Source: Dehalococcoidia bacterium | Lineage (GTDB): Bacteria; Chloroflexota; Dehalococcoidia; Lucifugimonadales; CAUZJF01 | Assembly (NCBI GenBank): GCA_965248605.1 | Contig: CBDFJV010000005.1 | Coordinates: forward strand, 36,355-100,354 | Direction: 5' to 3' | Length of the DNA stretch: 64,000 nt | In this document: piece by piece, positions 49,573 to 59,671 of the stretch | How the letters are laid out: each line of letters begins with the position of its first letter | Position numbering within the stretch: position 1 is the stretch's first letter | Translations under genes and position numbers: made by a program | The notes under the pieces: model-generated | The model's database searches: none | What the model was told of the DNA's origin: nothing | The model's input: only the letters and a program-made list of their open reading frames with translations

Positions 49573-50952
49573 TTGTACGCCGAGCGGCTCTTACCCCACG
49601 AAACAGAAGCGGAAGAGTCCGTAATCGGCTCGATTCTGATCGACGGCGAGTCTCTGACAAAGGTCTCGTCGTTCCTCAAGTCGGACGACTTCTACAGCGC
49701 CAAAAACCGCTGGTGCTTCGACGCTTTTCTCGCACTGTTCGAGAGAGGCGAGGCCATCAACCAGGTTACGGTAGCGCACGAGCTCTCCGGCCAGGAGAGG
49801 CTCGATGACGTCGGCGGCGTCGCCTACCTGGCGCACCTCGTGCGCTCGGTGCCGACGTCGGTCCATGTCGAGCACTATTCCAAGATTGTCCAACGTACAT
49901 CAACGATGCGGCGTCTCATTGCCGCGGCGGGCGACATCGCTGCCATCGGCTACGACGCGGGCCCAGACGTAGACTCCGCGCTAGGCCAGGCAGAAGACCT
50001 GCTCTACAAGGTACGGGCAGGCGGGGGCACGCGTGACTTCCGCCACATCCGCGAGGTCCTTGATGCTTACATGGAAGACACGGCGACAATCGATCTCGAC
50101 CCGGGTCGCTATCTGGCTCCCATCCCGACCGGCTTCAACAGACTCGACGAGCTACTCGGGAACGGGCTACAGAGGTCCGATATGGTGGTCGTGGCCGCCC
50201 GGCCGAGCCTGGGGAAAAGCACACTAGCGTTTAACATCGCACAGCACGCGGCGCAGCAGGGCGCCCGCGTCGGCATCTTCAGCCTCGAGATGAGCGCCGA
50301 GCAGATCGCTATCCGCATGCTGGCGGGCGAAGCGAACGTCGACAGCCACCGGCTGCGCATCGGGTTCGTCAGCGAGGCCGAAGAGAGCAGGGTCCATGAC
50401 GCTATCGGCGTCCTCTCCGAGCTGCCCATCTACATCGACGAGACTCCCATTCAAGGAGTAGTCGAGATGCGCGGAAAGGCCCGTCGGCTCCAGACGGAAC
50501 GTGGCCTCGATCTAGTAATCGTCGACTACCTCCAGCTTATGACGTCTGGAAACACGAGGAACGACAACCGGGTCCAGGAGATGGGAGAGTTCTCCCGCTC
50601 GCTAAAGGGCCTGGCGCGCGACCTCGACATCCCGGTACTGGCCTGCTCCCAGCTGAGCCGTGCACCGGAGCAGCGCCCCTCCCACAGGCCGATACTGTCT
50701 GACCTTCGGGAGAGCGGCAGTATCGAGCAGGACGCCGACGTCGTCGCGTTCATCTACCGCGAGGACATGTACACGACCGAAGAGCAGTGGGAGAAGCGGT
50801 CTCCCAGCGAGCCGTACCCAAAGAACATAGCCGAGCTCATCGTCTCGAAGCACCGGAACGGGCCCACCGGTACTATCCCGCTGTACTTCCGCAACGACGT
50901 GGTGCGATTCGAGAGCCTTGACCAGTCGGTGGGGTCGAGGGAGTTTGCCTAG
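49573..50952 (+). CDS. dnaB: replicative DNA helicase DnaB
   Basis: PHETEAEESVIGSIL, Walker A ARPSLGKST, IVDYLQLM, SQLSR, IEQDADVV. Confidence 0.95.
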   Translation: MYAERLLPHETEAEESVIGSILIDGESLTKVSSFLKSDDFYSAKNRWCFDAFLALFERGEAINQVTVAHELSGQERLDDVGGVAYLAHLVRSVPTSVHVEHYSKIVQRTSTMRRLIAAAGDIAAIGYDAGPDVDSALGQAEDLLYKVRAGGGTRDFRHIREVLDAYMEDTATIDLDPGRYLAPIPTGFNRLDELLGNGLQRSDMVVVAARPSLGKSTLAFNIAQHAAQQGARVGIFSLEMSAEQIAIRMLAGEANVDSHRLRIGFVSEAEESRVHDAIGVLSELPIYIDETPIQGVVEMRGKARRLQTERGLDLVIVDYLQLMTSGNTRNDNRVQEMGEFSRSLKGLARDLDIPVLACSQLSRAPEQRPSHRPILSDLRESGSIEQDADVVAFIYREDMYTTEEQWEKRSPSEPYPKNIAELIVSKHRNGPTGTIPLYFRNDVVRFESLDQSVGSREFA

Positions 50953-51636
50953 GTGGCATTTACGGGCTTTCCGTCGAAGGTGCGATACACACCCGTTCCA
51001 AGCTCGCTATTTAGCGAGCTTCTGGAGCAGATAGATGACATTGCGGAGCTCAAATGCACCTTGCGTCTCATGTGGCTCTTGCACGAAAAGAGGAGCTACC
51101 CTCGCTTCCTGACCCGTCGTGAGCTAGTTACGGATAGGGTCCTCGCTAGGGTGCTGGTGAGGGATGGCAGCGATCCGCAGGCCGCTATCGACAGAGCCTT
51201 GATGTCGGCCGTACGCCGGGGGACCTTCCTATCGGGGCTCGTGAAGGGCACCGGGGCGTCGGAGCGCGTCTACGCTCTGAACACCGAGCCCGATCGCAGA
51301 GCGATGGCCAGGGTGGTGACGAAGACGTCGCTGGGCGGAGAAGAAGTCCCTCCGAGTGCCCAGGAAGAGCCGAGCGAGCGTCCAAACATCTTCGGCCTTT
51401 ACGAGGACAACATCGGGCTACTGAGCCCGATGATCGCCGAAGAGCTGAAACACACCGAAGCGGCCTATCCTCACGGTTGGATAGAGGACGCCTTTCGGGA
51501 GGCCGTCAGCAACAACAAACGTAGCCTGAGGTATATCACCGCGATACTGGAACGATGGGAGCGAGATGGAAGGGGCGATGGAAGACCTCTCCGATATCCT
51601 AAAAAGAATAGCTTCGAAGAACGGGTCGGGAGATAG
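50953..51636 (+). CDS. DnaD-domain replication protein
   Basis: GTG immediately after the dnaB stop. C-terminal DnaD/DnaB_2-like segment NIFGLYEDNIGLLSPMIAEELK...SLRYITAILERWERDG. Confidence 0.7.
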   Translation: MAFTGFPSKVRYTPVPSSLFSELLEQIDDIAELKCTLRLMWLLHEKRSYPRFLTRRELVTDRVLARVLVRDGSDPQAAIDRALMSAVRRGTFLSGLVKGTGASERVYALNTEPDRRAMARVVTKTSLGGEEVPPSAQEEPSERPNIFGLYEDNIGLLSPMIAEELKHTEAAYPHGWIEDAFREAVSNNKRSLRYITAILERWERDGRGDGRPLRYPKKNSFEERVGR

Positions 51637-52981
51637 CAGGCCGCGAGAGCGTCCCCAGGATATTGACGAGCCCGAAGTCTGCGGCGTCTGCAGCGGCCGC
51701 GGCTGGCTGACCACAGACGTCCCAGCCGGTGACCCCAACTTCGGGCGCTTCGTTTTGTGCGAGTGCCAGGAGCCGCGGGTCGACGAGGAGCGGTATTCAA
51801 GGCTCCTTCGGTACAGTAACCTGGGCGCCCTGAGCCGCTTCACGTTCGAGACCCTACGGCGACCGCCGTCTGAAGGACCGGACGATGAGAGCCGGTACGG
51901 CGAGGCCTACCAGGCCGCTGAATCGTACGCGGAAAGCCCAAGCGGCTGGCTCGTCCTCACCGGACCTTACGACCCAATGAAGGTGCGGCTGGCCGCCGCT
52001 ATCGGCAATCGATGCCTCGAGCGCGGCTACGTCGTCTTGTTTGTTCACGTGTCGGACCTGCTCGACCACCTCCGGGCAACCTTCAGCCCAACGAGCGAGA
52101 TGGCTTACAGCGAGCTCTTCGATCAGGTCAGGAACACCCCGCTCCTGATACTCGACGACCTGGGCAGTCACAGCACGACGCCCTGGGCCGAGGAGAAGCT
52201 CCGACAGATCGTCAACCAGCGGTACAATGCCGAGCTCCCGACCGTCATCACCACGACCGGCGATCTGAACGAGGTCGACCCTTACATTCTCAGCCGTATT
52301 CAATCGCCGGACCTCAGCCGCATCTTCGAGGTAGGGACCGAGCCTAAGGGCCCCACGCACAGGTTAGGCGGGATCGATCCCGACATGCTGAAGCGGATGA
52401 CGTTCACGACCTTCGACGTTCGCGGGAACGGCCCTAGCGATGGTCAGAGACGCAGCATCGAGGCTGCCCGTACGGCTGCCAAGAACTTCGCGGCCGACCC
52501 CGACGGCTGGTTGACGCTCTTCGGCGAGACCGGCGTCGGCAAGACGCACCTCGCGGTCGCCATCGCCGCTGAGCAGATCGAGAAGGGGAAGTCGATCTTC
52601 TTCGCCAGGGTTCCCGAGCTTCTCGACTACCTCAGGTACACTTTCAGCCCGGACAGTCCGGTCACCTACGACCGGCTATTCGAGGACGTCAAGACCGCGC
52701 CCCTGCTCATACTGGACGATCTCGGTCAGGAGCACAGCAGCCCCTGGGCGAGCGAGAAGCTCTATCAGATCGTCGTCCACCGTCACGATGCGCGGCTGCC
52801 GACAGTGGTCACCAGCATGGTCGACTTCACGAAGGAGCACGGCCCGATGGGCTCGCGGGTCCAGGACACGTCCGTTGCGCTTGTCTGCAGAATCGACGCC
52901 CCCGACTACCGAAACAAGGCGGCCAGGCGCAGTGGGAGCCCGCGTCAGTCCGGCGCTACCCGGGCGCGACCCTCGCGCTGA
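51566..52981 (+). CDS. DnaC/DnaI-like helicase loader with N-terminal Cys4 knuckle and two tandem AAA+ modules
   Basis: CGVCSGRGW...CECQ. Module 1: WLVLTGPYDPMKVRLAAAI...LLILDDLG. Module 2: WLTLFGETGVGKTHLAVAI...LLILDDLG. Confidence 0.8.
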   Translation: MEGAMEDLSDILKRIASKNGSGDSRPRERPQDIDEPEVCGVCSGRGWLTTDVPAGDPNFGRFVLCECQEPRVDEERYSRLLRYSNLGALSRFTFETLRRPPSEGPDDESRYGEAYQAAESYAESPSGWLVLTGPYDPMKVRLAAAIGNRCLERGYVVLFVHVSDLLDHLRATFSPTSEMAYSELFDQVRNTPLLILDDLGSHSTTPWAEEKLRQIVNQRYNAELPTVITTTGDLNEVDPYILSRIQSPDLSRIFEVGTEPKGPTHRLGGIDPDMLKRMTFTTFDVRGNGPSDGQRRSIEAARTAAKNFAADPDGWLTLFGETGVGKTHLAVAIAAEQIEKGKSIFFARVPELLDYLRYTFSPDSPVTYDRLFEDVKTAPLLILDDLGQEHSSPWASEKLYQIVVHRHDARLPTVVTSMVDFTKEHGPMGSRVQDTSVALVCRIDAPDYRNKAARRSGSPRQSGATRARPSR

Positions 52982-52993
52982 CGGGCCCTGCGC

Positions 52994-53374
52994 ATGGACG
53001 GCAAAGATTGCACCTTCTGCGAGGTCATTGCCGGACGCCTCCCATCACGTAAGCGCTTCGAAGACGATGACGTAGTCGTTTTCGACAACGAACTCGACTG
53101 GCTGCCCGTGATGCTGCTGGTCGTCCCTCGCACCCACATGACCCAGGTTGAGCTCTGGAAGGACAGCGCTATGCTGTCGAAGCTCGGCTCGTTGGCGGTC
53201 CGTTTGGGGCAAGAGCACTGCCCCGATGGGTTCCGCGTCCTCTCGAACTTCGGCGACGACGCGCTCCAGACCCAGCGCCACGGACACCTGCACGTCCTCG
53301 GTGGCCAGCCCCTCGGCCTTTACGTCCGGCCGCCACAGGACCGCGGCAATATCGTCCATGATGGCCCTCCGTAG
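52994..53374 (+). CDS. HIT-family (histidine triad) protein
   Basis: CTFCEVIAG and HGHLHVLGG (HxHxHxx). Confidence 0.85.
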   Translation: MDGKDCTFCEVIAGRLPSRKRFEDDDVVVFDNELDWLPVMLLVVPRTHMTQVELWKDSAMLSKLGSLAVRLGQEHCPDGFRVLSNFGDDALQTQRHGHLHVLGGQPLGLYVRPPQDRGNIVHDGPP

Positions 53375-53395
53375 GGGCAGGTCTCAGACCTGCCC
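53375..53395. repeat. REP-like palindrome gggcaggtctcagacctgccc
   Basis: Third copy of the core seen at 24857 and 26008. Confidence 0.7.
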
Positions 53396-53464
53396 TCCAT
53401 TTTCAAGCAAGACGCCCGCGTCCCTCTTGTGGCGCCCAAGCCCCAACGATAGACTGGGCCCATC

Positions 53465-54478
53465 GTGAAGAAAGCCATCCTCCACGGCCCCCGAGACCTG
53501 CGCATCGAAGACGTCGCGCTGGATGCCTCCAGTCTGAAACCGCACGATATCTGGGTCCGGACTGAGATAACGGCCTTCAAGATCGGGACCGACCGCGGCA
53601 ACTACGAGGGCGCGGAGCAGGTGCCGGGAGCGCCGGGATACCCGCGCTTCGTCGGCGACAGCAACCTGGGCGCCGTGCGAGGAGTCGGAAGCGACGTAAC
53701 CCGATTCCGAGTCGGGGACCGGGTCGTATCCAGGGCGCCACACCAGTCGGAGTACATCCTCGACGAGTCGCAGTCCATCGTTAAGGTGCCCGATGGGGTG
53801 GACCTAGACGACGGGGTCTGGGCGCACCTGTACACCCTGAGCAGCCTTTGCTATCGAAAGGCACATTTCCAGCCGGGGGAGAACGTCGCCGTAATTGGAC
53901 TGGGCGTGCTTGGCCTTGGTGCGGTAGGGTTGGGTCCGGCCTTCGGAGCCAGAGTGGTCGGGATTGGGAACAGCGAGACCCGGCTGGAGATGGCCCAACG
54001 GATGGGCGCGCACAAGGTATTCCTATCTGATGACCCAGAGCTCCCGAGTAAGCTCGACGCTTTTACCGGCGGCGCCGGCGTTGACCTGGTTATCCTGACC
54101 GCTAACCCATGGCCGGCCTACCGAACGTCTGTCGAGATCGTGCGTCCCGGCGGCCGCGTTTCGATCGTCAGCCTGCTCGGCCGGGGGGAGCCGCCTCTCG
54201 ACTTCAACCCGTTGGCGATGGAGTACTTCTACCTGAAGGGGATCTCCCTCATCGCCGTCAACGGACGCGCCGGTTACCTGTATCCTGGGGAAGGCGACCG
54301 CTTCGACTGGGACCGGGCGTGCGAATACGTGCTCGCCCTCATGGCAGACGGCCGGCTCGAACCCAAGCGCCTGATAACCCACCGGCTGCCGTACACTGAC
54401 ATAGTCGATGCCTACGAGATGGCGTACCGCCGCGAGAAGTCGATGCTGGGCGTGGTCTTCGACTGGCGCAACGCGTGA
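53465..54478 (+). CDS. zinc-type alcohol/polyol dehydrogenase (MDR family)
   Basis: Rossmann motif VAVIGLGVLGLGAV. MDR-like N-terminal catalytic domain. Confidence 0.8.
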   Translation: MKKAILHGPRDLRIEDVALDASSLKPHDIWVRTEITAFKIGTDRGNYEGAEQVPGAPGYPRFVGDSNLGAVRGVGSDVTRFRVGDRVVSRAPHQSEYILDESQSIVKVPDGVDLDDGVWAHLYTLSSLCYRKAHFQPGENVAVIGLGVLGLGAVGLGPAFGARVVGIGNSETRLEMAQRMGAHKVFLSDDPELPSKLDAFTGGAGVDLVILTANPWPAYRTSVEIVRPGGRVSIVSLLGRGEPPLDFNPLAMEYFYLKGISLIAVNGRAGYLYPGEGDRFDWDRACEYVLALMADGRLEPKRLITHRLPYTDIVDAYEMAYRREKSMLGVVFDWRNA

Positions 54479-54618
54479 GCAATCTTGCGACGGATCTTCG
54501 TGTCCGCCCGGCCTTAGGCTCTTCGGCCAACAATGGTTAATAGGCAAAACACAAAAACCGTAGGGGCGCCCCGATGCCACATCGGGGCTATGCGCCCGTC
54601 CTGGCGAGGTTGGAACCA

Positions 54619-55941
54619 ATGCCGATAGACCCACGTGTCCGCAGATCGACGGAGATGTACAACCGCGCCAACCAGCTCTTCCCTGGCAAGACGCAGCTCC
54701 GAAGCCGGCTGGCCCGCGGTTTCGCCGAGGGCGTCAGCCCTGTCTACGCCAAGAGCGCCAAGGGCTCGCGGTTCATCGACGTCGATGCCAACGAGTACGT
54801 CGACTGGGTCAGCGCCTTCGGCGCGATCATCCTTGGACATGCCGACGACACGGTCGACAACGCCGTCAAAGAACAGATCGACCGCGGCAGCATCTACACC
54901 GTGAACGGGCCCCTGGAGATCGAGCTTGCTGAAGAGCTGGTGGCCACTATCCCGTCCGCTGAGATGGTCCGGTACACCAAGGCTGGCGGCGAGGCCTGCG
55001 CTCTGGCGGTCCGGATCGCTCGCGCTGCGACTGGGAGAGACAAGGTCCTCTTTTCCGGGTATCACGGCTGGCACGACTGGTACCAGGCCGCCCAGTACGA
55101 ATCGGACCCGAAGCTGGCCAGCGGCGTCGAGCCGGTAGGCGTTCCGCGCGCCCTGGCGGGCACGTCAATCCCCTTCGCCGAGGGCGACCTCGAGAGGCTT
55201 CCACGGCTTCTCGACGACAACGCCGGCGAGGTGGCCGCCGTCATGATGGAGCCGTTGAGATCCACGGTGCCGGAGGAAGGTTACCTTGAGACGGTCAAGG
55301 AGCTCGTTCGTGCTCACGGTGCCATCCTCATCTTCGACGAGGTGTCGTGCGGCTGGCGCATCGCGCTGGGAGGAGCGCAGGAGTACCTCGGCGTTACCCC
55401 AGATATGACAGTCGTCGCCAAGGCGATGTCCAACGGCTATCCCATGGGCGCCGTCGTCGGCTCGCGAGAGTCGATGGAGCCCGGCGCCGACGCCTTCATT
55501 TCGAGCTCGTACTGGAGCGACAACATCGGGCTGGCGGCGTCCCTCACGACTATCCGAGAGCTGCGGCGACGCGACTCGGGGTCGGGGTTCAAGGAGCTGG
55601 GTGAGAAGCTCACTTTGGCTATGAACGAAGCCATCGAATCGGTCGGGATCTCCGCGCGGTTCTCCGGCCTCCACACCAATCCGACCCTGACCATCGACGG
55701 CCCCGACGAGACGGTCGCGTCCCAGGCGAAAACGTTGTTCATCCAGGAGATGGCCAGGCGGGGAGTCCACTGCAACATGACGTTCAAGGGGACGCTGGCC
55801 CACAGTGACGAAGACATCAAGCTGACCGCCGACGCGACCGCCGAGTCCCTCGCGGTGGTCATGAAAGGTCTCGAAGGCGATATGGACGACCTGCTCGTCG
55901 CCAATGTGCAGCAGGAAGCCTTTCGCCGGATCGTCAGATAG
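54619..55941 (+). CDS. class III aminotransferase (GSA aminomutase-like)
   Basis: SGYHGWHDWY, IFDEVSCGWR, VAKAMSNGYP (PLP lysine context). ATG at 54619 chosen. Confidence 0.85.
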   Translation: MPIDPRVRRSTEMYNRANQLFPGKTQLRSRLARGFAEGVSPVYAKSAKGSRFIDVDANEYVDWVSAFGAIILGHADDTVDNAVKEQIDRGSIYTVNGPLEIELAEELVATIPSAEMVRYTKAGGEACALAVRIARAATGRDKVLFSGYHGWHDWYQAAQYESDPKLASGVEPVGVPRALAGTSIPFAEGDLERLPRLLDDNAGEVAAVMMEPLRSTVPEEGYLETVKELVRAHGAILIFDEVSCGWRIALGGAQEYLGVTPDMTVVAKAMSNGYPMGAVVGSRESMEPGADAFISSSYWSDNIGLAASLTTIRELRRRDSGSGFKELGEKLTLAMNEAIESVGISARFSGLHTNPTLTIDGPDETVASQAKTLFIQEMARRGVHCNMTFKGTLAHSDEDIKLTADATAESLAVVMKGLEGDMDDLLVANVQQEAFRRIVR

Positions 55942-55950
55942 GTCAGCATC

Positions 55951-57324
55951 GTGGCCACTCTCGCTCGACAGATGGCTGATTTCACGTTCTCCCTGCGGTA
56001 CGAGGACATCCCCCCGAACGTTATTCAGGCCACACGTCGATACCTAGCTGACACACTCGCCTGTTCACTCGGGGCCTATCGTGCAGAGACGGTTGAGAGT
56101 CTAAGACAGCACGCGCTCCAAGTTGGTGGCAGCGGCGATGCGACCCTTTTGGGAACCGATAGTAGAGTGCCGTCCAGCATGGCAGCGCTCGTCAACGGTA
56201 CCATGGTCCGCTACCTGGACGCCAACGACATCTCGTCACTCAGGGCAGGTGGTCATTTCAGCGATGGAACTCCGGCTTTGATCGCCATCGCTGAGAAGCA
56301 TCAGCGCAGTGGGAAGGAACTGCTGACCTGTCTGGTGGCGTCGTACGAGCTACAGGGTGCATTGGCCGAATCTTTCGATTTCATGAGCCGAGGGTTTCAT
56401 GCTTTGGCTCAGGTGCCGTGGACCGGACCAATTGTAGCGACACGATTGTCAGAAGGAACACCGGAAGAGGCTGTCCACGCTTCCGGTCTCTCCGGCACCA
56501 CGGGCATGGTAATGAACACGTGGCTGAAGCCGTCCGAGCGCATCCCGTCGATAAAGTCGGTGGCCGTCGGTATGGCATCGCAGCGTGCGGTTGAAGCCGC
56601 AAACCTCGCAGGCGTCGGCGTCACAGCGCCTGACGATGCCCTCGAAACCGCGCTCTTTCGCTTGGAATCCCTTGCGGACCTTCCGGTTCGCAAGGAACCA
56701 TTCGCGCAGCTGGGCCACCGTTGGACCAGTCTCCGCAACATCATCAAGGCGTACCCGGCACAGATCTATACGCAGGCCGCCATCGAGGCCGCGGTGGCGC
56801 TCTATCGCAAAGGCGTCAGAGCACAGCAGGTACGTAAGCTTACCCTCTACGGCCATCGGAACGTCGCCGCGGGAGTACAGGGCTCGCGAGAGGCGTTCAC
56901 GCCCAGAAGTCGCGAAGCCGCTGACCACAGTACGCCTTACGTCATGGCGATGGCACTGATGCGCGGAAGGCTGACGCTTCGGGAGTACGATGGCGCGCCA
57001 TGGGAAACCGACGAGGTCAGGGACATCATGTCCAGAATCGAGCTTGTAGTCGACCCTGAACGGGACCGTGCAATGGCTGAGGATGGAATTCTGGGAGTCC
57101 GGCTTGTCGCAGACCTTGAGGATGGCTCAACCGAGGCAATCGAGGTCCACCAGCCGAAAGGCCATCCGGACGCCCCGTTCGACGATGCTGGCGTGCTGGA
57201 CAAGATGACCTGGCTGCTGGAGGACGTCGTAGCACCAGATATTCCGAGCCGTCTGATGAGCCTATGCGAGCGGCTGTCGAGCCCCGAGGACGTGACTGAA
57301 CTGATCGAAGCATGTCGCGTTTGA
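55951..57324 (+). CDS. MmgE/PrpD-family protein
   Basis: FTFSLRYEDIPPNVIQATRRYLADTLACSLGA N-terminus is typical of this family. 457 aa. Confidence 0.8.
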   Translation: MATLARQMADFTFSLRYEDIPPNVIQATRRYLADTLACSLGAYRAETVESLRQHALQVGGSGDATLLGTDSRVPSSMAALVNGTMVRYLDANDISSLRAGGHFSDGTPALIAIAEKHQRSGKELLTCLVASYELQGALAESFDFMSRGFHALAQVPWTGPIVATRLSEGTPEEAVHASGLSGTTGMVMNTWLKPSERIPSIKSVAVGMASQRAVEAANLAGVGVTAPDDALETALFRLESLADLPVRKEPFAQLGHRWTSLRNIIKAYPAQIYTQAAIEAAVALYRKGVRAQQVRKLTLYGHRNVAAGVQGSREAFTPRSREAADHSTPYVMAMALMRGRLTLREYDGAPWETDEVRDIMSRIELVVDPERDRAMAEDGILGVRLVADLEDGSTEAIEVHQPKGHPDAPFDDAGVLDKMTWLLEDVVAPDIPSRLMSLCERLSSPEDVTELIEACRV

Positions 57325-57346
57325 GTCGGGCAACCTGCCTGGTTCC

Positions 57347-59671
57347 CTAGCCTTGACTCTCCGGTACTAGACGCAGCGTTTCCACAGTCGTCTTCTCAAC
57401 CGCCTTTTGAGTCCACGCGATAGGAACGCCGTCCCCTCGCAGCCAGAACGGTAGCAGATTGTCGTAGTGGGGCGACATCGGATTGCCCGACTGGCCCCCA
57501 GGCATCGAGAACCGGCTCTCGTCCCAGTTGCCCACGTCGAGCACCATTCGCATCGAGGCCACGGCCAGCGGATTGGCGGTTGGGTCGAAGGGGTTGGGAG
57601 CTGCCTGTGCGACCGTGTTGACGTCGCCGCCCTGCGGGAACGGGCCCAGATTGAATACGCGCTGGAATAAGCTCCGTTGCCCGAATGGGTGTCGCAACGT
57701 CAGGGGGCGGACCGCGCCCCACTCCCAACTGCTTCGGTCGACACCGTAGGTGGACCGAAGCCTTCGGAACGCGCGAGACAGCGCCTCCTCGATCAGCTGC
57801 TCCGAGGCCGCACGTGGAGATTCCCGGAGCCGGCGCACCAGGTGTCCGACTCGGCGGGCGGCCAGCAGTGTCAATGGGTGCACAGGGCCGACGCCTTCGC
57901 CGAGGGCGAACCGCCATGAGTTTGGCGCCTGCGATTCGGCGATGCCCTGGAACATCTCGGCAAGAAAGAACTCGAAGACCGTCGCGGCGTTCGACTCGGC
58001 CGACACCGAGCCGTCCCAGTCGCGCAGCAGATCGACGGCCCGCTGCGCGTCCGTGTCGTCGGGGTCTACGCCGAGGACCGACTCGCGAAGCTCGGTCCAT
58101 GGGATGGAGTGTATGTCCATCTGGAGAGCAAGGCTTGCGGCGACGTCCCAGTCGTCGCGCGCCTCGATCGCCTCGGAGACGCGTGCCACCCTGTAGCCGT
58201 CCAGCCAGTCGACGCCCAGAAACAGCCCGCCGTCGTACGGCGCCGGCTGGTTGTTGGACGTTGCGACGTACCCGGCCTCCGGGTCGAAGGTGGAGGGCAG
58301 GTCATCGAAGCTGACGGGCGACTCATGCCAGCCGGAGTCGGGGTCCGCCCCTGGGGTTGGGACCGTGCCAAAGCCCCGTTTTCGGCGCGGCACGTCCCCG
58401 ACGAGCTGGTACCCGATGGACCCAGAGGTGTCGGCGTACACGACGTTGAGCGAGATGTGCGGCCAGTGCTCGAAGGCCCGTCTGAACTCTTCGAAGGAGC
58501 GGGTCCGCTCGACGGCGAGGAAGCCTTGGACTGGCAACGGGTCGAGCCAGGTGGCGCGAAGCGATATGGCGTCGTCGGCCGCCGACAGCGCGGGGCCGAC
58601 GATGGGGCCTCGTTTAGTTATCGCGACGTCCTCGACGACCGCGCTACTTCCCTTGACGTGAATCGTTTCCCGAACGACTTCGCACGGTACGAAGGCGTCT
58701 CCCTCGCGGACGCTGTGGCCATCGGGCCCAAGCTCTTCGATGAACAGGTCCGAGTTGTCGGCCAGCCCGGCGGAGATGCCCCAGGCGGCGGTTCCGTTAT
58801 GCCCGGCGGGAAAGACAGGGACGCCAACGAATGCAGCACCCGCCACGGCCCATTCAGGCGCGCGAACGTGGGCAAAATACCAGTGAGGGGGAATCGCTGG
58901 CCTGAGATGAGGGTCGTTGGCCAGGACCGGTCGGCCGGACGAGGTACGTAATGGTGCTATGGCCCACGCGTTGGTGGTGGGCCCGCGCCCGACGACCTCC
59001 GCAAAGGCGGCTAGGTCCTCGAACAGCGCGTTGATCGCCTTGCCGGCCTGCTCGCCCGAAGGCACTGAAACGGGCAACCACTCCTGGTACGCCGGGTCGA
59101 GGGCCTTCAGCGCCTCGACGCCGTCTTCCCTCAGTATCCGGAGCCTGGCAAGCTCGATGTCCCAATTGGATGCGAGGACGAAGGCCTGCAGGAGATAGAC
59201 CGCCACCACGTCTGCTGCGGTGTAGGCCGACGGCTTCCGTCGCAGCAATGCGAACTCGTGGGCCCGTCGTGGTGACCCGAGCGTTGCCCCGTCCGTTATG
59301 CCACGAGCGAAGGCCGCGACTCTGGCCTGAGCCTGAGCGTCGAAGGCCTCGAGCTGTGGCTGGGCGCTGCGGGCGAAGCCTATCCGCCGCGAGAGGCGGT
59401 CGATGGCCAGACCGCCGGTGCCGATCAGCTCGGATAGCGTGCCCCGCGCCACGCGGTTTAGAAGCTCCACCTGGAATGCTCTGTCCTGACCCTGGCAGAA
59501 GCCCAGGCCGTACCAGGCGTCGCCGTCGGTCGCGGCTTCGACGTGAGGGATACCGAATGCGTCGCGCCTAATCGAGATGGGCTGGTCCAGGCCGGAGACT
59601 GTCAGGGTGCCCGAGGTCATTGGAAGACGGCGGCCGAGGACCAGCCGGAAGAGCAGCTTCGGGAGGTTCAT
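57347..59671 (-). CDS. penicillin acylase-family Ntn hydrolase (AHL-acylase-like)
   Basis: IRRDAFGIPHVEA, and the candidate Ntn nucleophile Ser/Thr context GPTTNAWAI. 774 aa. ATGA overlap with the lipB stop. Confidence 0.85.
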   Translation of the reverse strand: MNLPKLLFRLVLGRRLPMTSGTLTVSGLDQPISIRRDAFGIPHVEAATDGDAWYGLGFCQGQDRAFQVELLNRVARGTLSELIGTGGLAIDRLSRRIGFARSAQPQLEAFDAQAQARVAAFARGITDGATLGSPRRAHEFALLRRKPSAYTAADVVAVYLLQAFVLASNWDIELARLRILREDGVEALKALDPAYQEWLPVSVPSGEQAGKAINALFEDLAAFAEVVGRGPTTNAWAIAPLRTSSGRPVLANDPHLRPAIPPHWYFAHVRAPEWAVAGAAFVGVPVFPAGHNGTAAWGISAGLADNSDLFIEELGPDGHSVREGDAFVPCEVVRETIHVKGSSAVVEDVAITKRGPIVGPALSAADDAISLRATWLDPLPVQGFLAVERTRSFEEFRRAFEHWPHISLNVVYADTSGSIGYQLVGDVPRRKRGFGTVPTPGADPDSGWHESPVSFDDLPSTFDPEAGYVATSNNQPAPYDGGLFLGVDWLDGYRVARVSEAIEARDDWDVAASLALQMDIHSIPWTELRESVLGVDPDDTDAQRAVDLLRDWDGSVSAESNAATVFEFFLAEMFQGIAESQAPNSWRFALGEGVGPVHPLTLLAARRVGHLVRRLRESPRAASEQLIEEALSRAFRRLRSTYGVDRSSWEWGAVRPLTLRHPFGQRSLFQRVFNLGPFPQGGDVNTVAQAAPNPFDPTANPLAVASMRMVLDVGNWDESRFSMPGGQSGNPMSPHYDNLLPFWLRGDGVPIAWTQKAVEKTTVETLRLVPESQG

